Part shown: one piece after another, positions 47,406 to 53,870 of the stretch
Layout of the letters: the number at the start of each line of letters is the position of its first letter
Position numbering within the stretch: the stretch's first letter is position 1
Assembly: GCA_024401615.1 (NCBI GenBank)
Contig: JAKSKS010000001.1
Coordinates: 1 to 53,870, forward strand
Reading direction: 5' to 3'
From: Paludibacteraceae bacterium
Lineage (GTDB): Bacteria; Bacteroidota; Bacteroidia; Bacteroidales; Paludibacteraceae
DNA length: 53,870 nucleotides
The notes under the pieces: generated by a model
Database searches by the model: none
Told to the model about the DNA's origin: nothing
Seen by the model: the letters and a program-made list of their open reading frames with translations, nothing else
Position numbers and translations under genes: made by a program

Positions 47406-48854
47406 ATGGCTGAACAACGAAGTATAGGTGACTCTTTGCTCGACCGTGTGCGGACTGGTTTGACTTTAACGCGCACCCAAAAGGTGCAGTTGGTCTTTTA
47501 TTTGAGTCTGCCTGCTATCATGGCGCAGATCTCCACCATTGTTATGGACTATATAGATGCCTGTATGGTTGGTAGCATGGGGGCAAACGCGTCTGCTGCT
47601 ATAGGACTCGTGTCCACAAGCATATGGCTGATTGGTGGTTTGTGTGGGTCTGTTGCGTCGGGATTCTCGGTGCAGGTGGCGCATTTGGTTGGTGCAACCA
47701 ATAATTCGTCTGCCCGTTCCGTACTTCGCCAGTCGTTGGTCATGACGTTCTTGTTTGGAACGGTCTTGGCGGTAGTTGGGTGTTTAATCAGTTCCCGTTT
47801 GCCGTTTTGGTTGGGTTGCGAAAATACCGATATCGCTAAAGACGCGTCTACCTATTTCTTCGTCTTCTGCCTGGCACTTCCCATTTTGCAGATAAATTGG
47901 TTGTGCAGTGCTATGCTGCGTTGCAGTGGAAATATGCGGGTGCCAAGTTTGCTCAATGTGCTGATGTGCGTGCTCGATGTGGTCTTCAACTTCTTCTTAA
48001 TCTTCCCTAACCGGCAAGTTTCTTTCTTCGGGGAACTTTTCAATGTGCCTGGTGCGGGTTTGGGAGTGACCGGCGCGGCCTTGGGCACAGTCTTAGCCGA
48101 GGTTGTGGTGGCGTTCCTGATGTTTTATGCGTTGTGCTTCCAGTCGGGGGTGATGCGCTTGAACCAAGAAAAGGGAAGTTTTAAGCCAACCTCTTCTGTC
48201 TTGAAAAAGGCGGTACATATTGGTTTGCCAATTGGTGTTGAACATTTTGTTATGTGTAGCGCGCATGTGGCCTCTACGGTGATTATTGCGCCTCTGGGTC
48301 CTGCGGCTATCGCTGCCAACGCTTTCGGCATTATTATAGAGAGCCTCTGCTATATGCCGGGTTACGGCATTGGCGATGCGGCTACTACGCTTATAGGTCA
48401 AAGTTTGGGCGCCAAACGAAAAGAACTTTGCAGTAGTTTCTCCCGCCTGTCGGTGGCTTTGGGCATTATTGTTATGTCGCTGTTGGCGGTGGTAATGTAT
48501 GTTTTTGTTCCCGATTTAATGACGCTGATGTCTCCCGATGAGGAAGTCCGCCAACTAACTGTGGGGGCATTGCGCATTGAGGCGTTTGCCGAACCGATGT
48601 ATGCTGCGGCTATTGTGGCCTACGGTGTGTTTGTTGGTGCGGGCGACACCATCTTCCCTTGTGTGCTAAATTTGGCAAGCATCTGGGTGGTGCGTATACC
48701 GCTGGCGGCTTGGCTGGTCGGCTCTATGGGGCTTTATGGCTTCTGGCTGGCCATGTGCATAGAACTCTGTTTCAGAGGAGTCCTGTTCTTGGTCCGAATG
48801 TTTTATGGAAATTGGATGAAATCGGCACATAAGTTGTCTGCTGAACAAGGATGA
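47406..48854 (+). CDS. MATE family efflux transporter
   Basis: 482 aa with about 12 TM helices and a MATE-like N-terminus (LPAIMAQISTIVMDYIDACMVG). Confidence 0.88.
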   Translation: MAEQRSIGDSLLDRVRTGLTLTRTQKVQLVFYLSLPAIMAQISTIVMDYIDACMVGSMGANASAAIGLVSTSIWLIGGLCGSVASGFSVQVAHLVGATNNSSARSVLRQSLVMTFLFGTVLAVVGCLISSRLPFWLGCENTDIAKDASTYFFVFCLALPILQINWLCSAMLRCSGNMRVPSLLNVLMCVLDVVFNFFLIFPNRQVSFFGELFNVPGAGLGVTGAALGTVLAEVVVAFLMFYALCFQSGVMRLNQEKGSFKPTSSVLKKAVHIGLPIGVEHFVMCSAHVASTVIIAPLGPAAIAANAFGIIIESLCYMPGYGIGDAATTLIGQSLGAKRKELCSSFSRLSVALGIIVMSLLAVVMYVFVPDLMTLMSPDEEVRQLTVGALRIEAFAEPMYAAAIVAYGVFVGAGDTIFPCVLNLASIWVVRIPLAAWLVGSMGLYGFWLAMCIELCFRGVLFLVRMFYGNWMKSAHKLSAEQG

Positions 48855-48887
48855 GTCTGGTTTAATCGAATAATAGAATAGATTGTT

Positions 48888-49739
48888 ATGGAAAAACAGA
48901 TAATAAAGGACGAACGCTTCTTTGGAGAGCGTCCGTTGTTCGAGTCTCATCATCTTTGCCTCGATAATGTGTATATAGGCGAAGGTGAATCGGCTATTAA
49001 AGAGTGTAGCGATATCGATGCGGTGAACTGCCGTTTCGAGGGGCATTATCCTTTTTGGCATGTAGATGGTTTTACAATCAAAAATTGTTATTTCAGCAAG
49101 GATGCCCGTTCCGCATTGTGGTATTCTTCTCATCTGAAGATGACCGATACTATAATCGATGCCCCTAAAATGTTTCGTGAGATGGACGACATTCTGCTCG
49201 AGAATGTGACGGTTAACGACGCCGACGAGTATTTCTGGCGTTGTAATAATATAGAGGTTAAAAACCTCACCCTGCACGAGGGTACCTATCCGTTCATGTT
49301 TTGTAATAATATTAAGGTAGACGGATTGGTTAGCGACAGTAAGTACGTGTTCCAATATGTGAAGAATGTTGAAATCCGTAACGCGAAAATCACCACCAAA
49401 GATGCTCTTTGGGAGGTTGAAGACGTAACGGTTTACGATTCCGAACTCAATGGCGAATACTTGGGTTGGCATTCTAAAAACCTCCGTTTGGTCAACTGCC
49501 ACATTACGGGCGAACAACCGCTCTGTTATGCGGAAAACCTTGTGCTTGAGAACTGCACGTTTGGCGCCGATTGCGACCGTGCTTTCGAATATTCTACAGT
49601 TCATGCTGATATTAAGGGTGCTATAACTAATATTAAGAATCCGACTTCAGGCCACATCCTGGCCGATGCTATCGGTTCTATAACAATCGACGAGAATATC
49701 AAGGCGCCTGCTAATTGCATTATTGAAGTAAGAAAATAG
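48888..49739 (+). CDS. DUF3737-like beta-helix repeat protein
   Basis: 283 aa with an N-terminus FFGERPLFESHHLCLDNVYIGEGESAIKEC and repeated N(C/V).F motifs, as in DUF3737 proteins. The family assignment is from memory. Confidence 0.65.
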   Translation: MEKQIIKDERFFGERPLFESHHLCLDNVYIGEGESAIKECSDIDAVNCRFEGHYPFWHVDGFTIKNCYFSKDARSALWYSSHLKMTDTIIDAPKMFREMDDILLENVTVNDADEYFWRCNNIEVKNLTLHEGTYPFMFCNNIKVDGLVSDSKYVFQYVKNVEIRNAKITTKDALWEVEDVTVYDSELNGEYLGWHSKNLRLVNCHITGEQPLCYAENLVLENCTFGADCDRAFEYSTVHADIKGAITNIKNPTSGHILADAIGSITIDENIKAPANCIIEVRK

Positions 49740-49744
49740 TCGCT

Positions 49745-50917
49745 ATGGCAAAAGAGCAATATAATTTCGATGTCGTTCCTAACCGTCGTGGTACAGGCTG
49801 TTACAAGTGGGACAATACCGCCGATGGCGTGCTACCTTTATGGGTGGCCGATATGGATTTCCCTGCGGCTCCTTGCATTATGGACGCCTTGCGCAAACGT
49901 CTGGAGCACGGTGTGTTTGGGTATGAAAAAGTGCCCGATAGTTATTACGAGGCGGTTATTAATTGGTTTGCCCGTCGACATGGATGGAGTATGCAGCGCG
50001 ATTGGATTATCTACACATCTGGCGTGGTACCTGCAATTTCGGCTGTCATAAAGGCAAAAACACAACCTGGCGATAAGGTGCTGATTCAAACCCCTGTCTA
50101 CAACTGCTTCTTTTCGTCAATTCGCAATAACGGTTGCTCAATTGAAGAAAACGAATTGGTCTATGCCGATGGTACGTATACAATCAACTTCGAGGACTTT
50201 GAACGCAAAGTGTCCGATCCGGCTGTGAAGGTTTTTCTGTTGTGCAATCCACAAAATCCTGCGGGTAGAGTATGGACGGCCGGCGAGTTGCGTCGAATGG
50301 GAGAACTTTGCTTGAAACATGGTGTTTTTGTCATTGTAGATGAAATCCACTGCGAACTGGTCAGCCATGGTTGTACATACACACCTTACGGGTCTCTTTC
50401 GGCAGAGTTGATGGATAATGCTGCGGTTTGCACGTCGCCAAGCAAGGCGTTTAATATTGCCGGACTGCAAATAGCCAACATCACAATTTCGAACGAACAG
50501 TCAAGGAAAGAAGTCGACCGCGCTATCAATATCAACGAGGTGTGCGATGTGAACGTGTTTGGTGTGGAGGCGTTGCAGGCGGCTTACAACGAAGGCGAGG
50601 CGTGGCTTAAGGCGGCAAACGACTATATCTGTGGCAACTACCAACTGCTCTGCTCTTTTGTGGCAGAACAGTTGCCAAAGGCGCTTGTGTGCAGAATGGA
50701 GGGTTCTTATCTGGCATGGTTGCGTTTAGAGGGGTTCCCTGCTTCTTCTGTAGTGGCTAAACGTTTAGAGGCAGATTTCGGACTTAAGTTGAGTCCCGGA
50801 CAGCCTTATGGAGAAAATGCGGGTCGCGATTTCTTACGTATTAACCTGGCTTGCCCTCAGTCTGTGCTGAAAGAGGCTTTGACGCGTCTAAAGAAGGGAT
50901 TAGACACAATAGCGTAA
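49745..50917 (+). CDS. PatB/MalY-type PLP-dependent C-S lyase (class I/II aminotransferase fold)
   Basis: PLWVADMDFPAAP, NPQNPAGRVW and the PLP-lysine context SPSKAFNIAGL. Confidence 0.9.
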   Translation: MAKEQYNFDVVPNRRGTGCYKWDNTADGVLPLWVADMDFPAAPCIMDALRKRLEHGVFGYEKVPDSYYEAVINWFARRHGWSMQRDWIIYTSGVVPAISAVIKAKTQPGDKVLIQTPVYNCFFSSIRNNGCSIEENELVYADGTYTINFEDFERKVSDPAVKVFLLCNPQNPAGRVWTAGELRRMGELCLKHGVFVIVDEIHCELVSHGCTYTPYGSLSAELMDNAAVCTSPSKAFNIAGLQIANITISNEQSRKEVDRAININEVCDVNVFGVEALQAAYNEGEAWLKAANDYICGNYQLLCSFVAEQLPKALVCRMEGSYLAWLRLEGFPASSVVAKRLEADFGLKLSPGQPYGENAGRDFLRINLACPQSVLKEALTRLKKGLDTIA

Positions 50918-50959
50918 GCGGTGTTGTTTATAACTATTTCTCTTTCTTTCTCATTTTCT

Positions 50960-50991
50960 GTTGGTCTAAAGTAAAATAATTTGTAACTTTG
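50960..50991 (+). promoter_or_regulatory. Candidate promoter for the L25-pth-hslR cluster
   Basis: GTTG (50960-50963, an imperfect -33), 20-nt spacer, TAACTTTG (50984-50991), about 100 nt upstream of the ATG at 51091. Confidence 0.35.
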
Positions 50992-51090
50992 CACCGCTTT
51001 TTCGGGTTCGACTCAGAAAACTCGGAAAGTGTGATGGGAAATTAAGCCATTACTAACTTAATTTTGAGTAACACAAAAATTTTTAAACAA

Positions 51091-51675
51091 ATGAAATCAT
51101 TCGCATTAAATGGTGCTCTTAGAACAGAGACCGGCAAGAAGGCAACTAAGGCAGTTCGCGCAGAAGGTAACATCCCATGTATCCTTTACGGTGCAGGTAA
51201 GGTAATCGCTACTTTCTCTGTAACTAACAACGATGTTCGTAAACTCGTTTACACTCCAGAAATCTACGTTGTAGAACTCAATATCGAAGGCAAGTCTTAC
51301 AAGGCTATCATGCAGGAACTCCAGTTCCACCCAGTTAAGGATACTATTCTTCATATCGACTTCCTTGAAGTAACTGAAACCAAGCCAGTTGTTGTTAAGG
51401 TTCCAGTTGTATCAGTAGGTCACGCTGAAGGTGTTAAGGCCGGTGGTAAGCTCCTCAAGAACGTTCGTAGCTTGAGAGTTAAGGCTCTTTACACTAACAT
51501 CCCTGAAACTCTTGAAATCAACGTTGAAAACTTGGGTCTTAACAAGTCAATCCAGGTTAAGGACTTGAGCTTCGAAAACCTCGAATTGATCGACAACCCA
51601 GAAAACGTTGTTCTTACTGTTAAGCCTACTCGTGCTGCTGCTGCTGCTATGGCTGCTGCAAGAAACGGTAAGTAA
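51091..51675 (+). CDS. rplY: 50S ribosomal protein L25/general stress protein Ctc
   Basis: RTETGKKATKAVRAEGNIPCILYG..., a Ctc-type C-terminal extension, and an Ala-rich tail. The start was set at the ATG at 51091. Confidence 0.93.
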   Translation: MKSFALNGALRTETGKKATKAVRAEGNIPCILYGAGKVIATFSVTNNDVRKLVYTPEIYVVELNIEGKSYKAIMQELQFHPVKDTILHIDFLEVTETKPVVVKVPVVSVGHAEGVKAGGKLLKNVRSLRVKALYTNIPETLEINVENLGLNKSIQVKDLSFENLELIDNPENVVLTVKPTRAAAAAMAAARNGK

Positions 51676-51702
51676 TCTTGAATATATTTTTGCTTATAAA
51701 GC

Positions 51703-52266
51703 ATGAAATATCTGATTGTGGGTTTAGGGAACATTGGAGCTGAGTACCAAGACACCCGCCACAACACAGGTTTTAAATTATTGGACGCCTTTGCTAAGGC
51801 GTCCAATATTGTTTTTAGCGAGGGCCGTTACGGCGCTACTGCCCAGTGCAGGGTTAAAAACGCGGAACTGGTGTTGCTGAAACCCAATACATATATGAAT
51901 CTCAGCGGCAATGCGGTTCGTTACTGGTTGCAGGCCGAAAAAATTCCTGTCGAGAATCTTTTGGTCTTGGTCGACGACATTGCCCTCCCTTTTGGTACTT
52001 TGCGCTTGAAGGGTAGTGGTGGTGCTGGCGGACATAATGGACTGAAGAACATCGAGGCGATGATTGGCACGGCTAAATATGCGCGTTTGCGCTTTGGCGT
52101 GGGTGGTGATTTCCCTAAAGGTATGCAGGTCGATTACGTCTTGGGAAATTTCTCTGCTGATGAGGCTGCGGCTTTCCCTGAACGTGCGGCTGTTGTTACT
52201 GAACTCATCAAGAGTTTCTGTCTCGCTGGTCTTGAACTGACCATGACGCAGTTCAACAATAAATAA
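51703..52266 (+). CDS. pth: Peptidyl-tRNA hydrolase
   Basis: [34 protein letters not shown] and GGHNGLKNI. Confidence 0.95.
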   Translation: MKYLIVGLGNIGAEYQDTRHNTGFKLLDAFAKASNIVFSEGRYGATAQCRVKNAELVLLKPNTYMNLSGNAVRYWLQAEKIPVENLLVLVDDIALPFGTLRLKGSGGAGGHNGLKNIEAMIGTAKYARLRFGVGGDFPKGMQVDYVLGNFSADEAAAFPERAAVVTELIKSFCLAGLELTMTQFNNK

Positions 52267-52283
52267 ATTTCTCCATTCTCTAT

Positions 52284-52763
52284 ATGAAAGAAGAACTCAA
52301 AGAGGTACGTATCGATAAGTGGTTGTGGGCGGTTAGACTTTTTAAAACAAGAAGCCTGGCTGCCGATGCCTGTAAGAAGGGGCGTATTGCCCGTAATGGT
52401 ACTAACCTTAAACCTTCACACAATATTCGTGTGGGCGATGTGGTTATGGTTAAAAGGCCACCTGTTACTTATTCGTTTAAAGTGTTGGCGCTCTCGGAAA
52501 ATAGAATGGGTGCTAAATTGGTGCCGGAGTTTATGGAGAATGTAACGCCTGCTGAGCAGTTCGAAATCCTCGAAATGGCTAAATTCAGCATGAATGGCAA
52601 ACGAGACAGAGGTACGGGTCGTCCAACTAAACGCGAAAGACGTCAGTTGATGGACTACATGGGCGATGATGAAACACCAGATGCTCCTTCTGTTTCTGAT
52701 GAGGATCTGCCAGGATTTATCTTTGGCTATGATAGTGACGACGATGACGACGAAGAGGATTAA
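52284..52763 (+). CDS. hslR: S4-domain RNA-binding protein (Hsp15-like) with poly-acidic C-terminal tail
   Basis: VRIDKWLWAVRLFKTRSLAADACKKGRI S4 motif. The tail is DSDDDDDEED. Confidence 0.85.
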   Translation: MKEELKEVRIDKWLWAVRLFKTRSLAADACKKGRIARNGTNLKPSHNIRVGDVVMVKRPPVTYSFKVLALSENRMGAKLVPEFMENVTPAEQFEILEMAKFSMNGKRDRGTGRPTKRERRQLMDYMGDDETPDAPSVSDEDLPGFIFGYDSDDDDDEED

Positions 52764-52779
52764 TCTTCTATTATAATTG

Positions 52780-52809
52780 AAAGCGAATGAGCAATCATTC
52801 GCTTTTTTA
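52780..52809 (+). terminator. Rho-independent terminator after hslR
   Basis: Stem AAGCGAATGA / TCATTCGCTT, GCAA loop, then a T-run. Confidence 0.8.
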
Positions 52810-52878
52810 TTTCCCTATTTCTTTAGTTGGGGTGGCGTCCATACTAAAATATGCTACCTTTGTGTAAATTTAAGGTGT

Positions 52879-53046
52879 TTATATACCAAATGGTAGTTGA
52901 GGTTTTCTGATGTTTTCGTTTTCTCCGTTAAGGAGTTTTCTAAGACATCTTCGATGGCTGTTTTCCAGGCCTTCCCAAATGGGAACTATGTCTTAAAAGG
53001 CCGTTTTCTGTTAATAAACTTTATTTTGCTACCAATTGGTATATAA
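52879..53046. repeat. 168-bp element bounded by 18-bp terminal inverted repeats (MITE-like, inverton, or structured leader)
   Basis: TTATATACCAAATGGTAG (52879-52896) and CTACCAATTGGTATATAA (53029-53046) are 17/18 complementary and lie 132 bp apart. The element is flanked by AAATTTAAGGTG (52866-52877) and AAATTTAAAGTG (53052-63). Confidence 0.6.
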
Positions 53047-53084
53047 TTTCCAAATTTAAAGTGAACAATAAAACACTACGCACA

Positions 53085-53858
53085 ATGTTGACTTATTTGA
53101 AAAATAGTATTTTCCCCGTACTTCTTACGTGTTCATTCGTGTCCTCTTCCGCTATGTCTGCCGATGATTTCCGAGTAGAGGCTTCTGCCGGAAACCCGTT
53201 GGCTCAAGACAGTTTGGCTATGTGCTATGAGGAAGGTTTAGGTTGTGAGGTCAATTTGGCGACAGCCGCCCAATGGTACGAAAAATCTGCTAACTCGGGC
53301 AATGTGAATGCTATGGTAAGTTTGGCCGACCTCTATTTAGTAGGGGCTGGTGTGGAACAGAACCATTATAAGGCATTCCAGTTATATAAAACGGCTGCTG
53401 AGGCTGGAAATGCACAGGCGTTGAACAATTTGGGGTACTGCTACGAAATGGGCTATGGCGTGGATTCTGACAGTGAAATGGCCTTTTCTGCCTACCAGCA
53501 GTCGGCCGACGCTGGCAATGTGTATGGCCAGGAAAATGCAGGGCGTTGCTTGGAGTATGGTATTGGCGTGGGTAAAAGCGGACATAAGGCCCGCAAGTAT
53601 TACAAATTGGCGGCAAAGCAGGGTAGCCAAGTGGTTGCCGAGGCTATTGAGCGCAGAAGGGAGCGTAATTTAAATTTGTTCTTTATGATTTTCTCTGCCT
53701 CTGTCAGCACTTTAGACGTGGTCGATGTCGCACATTCAGCCAGTCATAGTCCGCATCATCATCATTATTCTAATCGTAACCATAGCGTTTCGAAAGGTTC
53801 GGGAAGGGGTGCCCTTCAGTCTGTTCCTAATGGTCGTGATACACGCGGTCACCGCTAA
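53085..53858 (+). CDS. Sel1-repeat (SLR/TPR-like) protein with signal peptide, C-terminal hydrophobic segment and His-rich tail
   Basis: About five Sel1 repeats are present (A..WYEKSANSGN..A, AFQLYKTAAEAGNAQA, AFSAYQQSADAGNVYG, ARKYYKLAAKQG). The start could be GTG 53061 or ATG 53085. The ATG gives MLTYLKNSIFPVLLTCSFVSSSAMSA. Confidence 0.85.
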   Translation: MLTYLKNSIFPVLLTCSFVSSSAMSADDFRVEASAGNPLAQDSLAMCYEEGLGCEVNLATAAQWYEKSANSGNVNAMVSLADLYLVGAGVEQNHYKAFQLYKTAAEAGNAQALNNLGYCYEMGYGVDSDSEMAFSAYQQSADAGNVYGQENAGRCLEYGIGVGKSGHKARKYYKLAAKQGSQVVAEAIERRRERNLNLFFMIFSASVSTLDVVDVAHSASHSPHHHHYSNRNHSVSKGSGRGALQSVPNGRDTRGHR

Positions 53859-53870
53859 TTTTAGACCTGT

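Noticed and set aside
48666-49604. A 312-aa minus-strand ORF opposite the DUF3737-like gene, a 220-aa ORF (45882-46544) opposite the YrdC-like gene, and a 159-aa ORF (44139-44618) opposite the PfkB gene.
   Set aside because: The plus-strand frames carry clear family motifs and fit a compact same-strand gene array. The minus-strand translations have no recognisable motifs and are Arg/His-rich in the way antisense frames usually are.
1-53870. CRISPR arrays, defence systems, prophage or integrative elements, and diversity-generating retroelements targeting the giant genes.
   Set aside because: All tandem repeats I saw are in-frame coding repeats. I saw no spacer-repeat architecture. I saw no integrase, transposase, reverse transcriptase, nuclease or ATPase defence-type ORFs. 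I saw no template-repeat-like copy of the variable regions outside the genes.

Overview
This 53.9-kb window looks like a Bacteroidota chromosome, probably Bacteroidales and Prevotella-like. That placement is an inference from T9SS sorting domains, TTTG/TAnnTTTG promoter motifs, lipoprotein signals and gene content. The first 27.5 kb holds two tandem same-strand giant genes of 5286 aa and 3662 aa. Each encodes a signal peptide, a non-repeat head of about 470 aa, dozens of HYR-type Ig-like modules and a C-terminal T9SS type-B (SprB-class) sorting domain. Their heads and last ~1500 aa are collinear paralogues, while the central arrays differ. Downstream is a visibly more AT-rich accessory patch. 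It contains an orphan secreted 473-aa protein, a beta-helix lipoprotein gene bracketed by a 272-bp direct duplication of the 5' end of a DUF1810 gene (one copy carries a nonsense mutation), and the intact DUF1810 gene. On the minus strand lie a 1557-aa secreted protein with two tandem beta-helix modules and a 1199-aa CotH-kinase-family protein with lamin-tail domains and a type-A T9SS tail. The rest is ordinary housekeeping: Amt ammonium transporter, GH5 lipoprotein, two identical tRNA-Asn(GTT), PfkB kinase, YrdC/YciO-like protein, EamA and MATE transporters, DUF3737-like protein, PatB/MalY C-S lyase, L25-Pth-Hsp15 cluster and a Sel1-repeat protein. I found no CRISPR array, integrase, transposase, reverse transcriptase or recognisable defence genes. 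The best candidates for new biology are the giant-adhesin locus with its unexplained accessory genes, which lacks an adjacent PorP/SprF partner, and a 168-bp element bounded by terminal inverted repeats just upstream of the Sel1 gene. All domain calls come from reading motifs by eye, and no searches were run.
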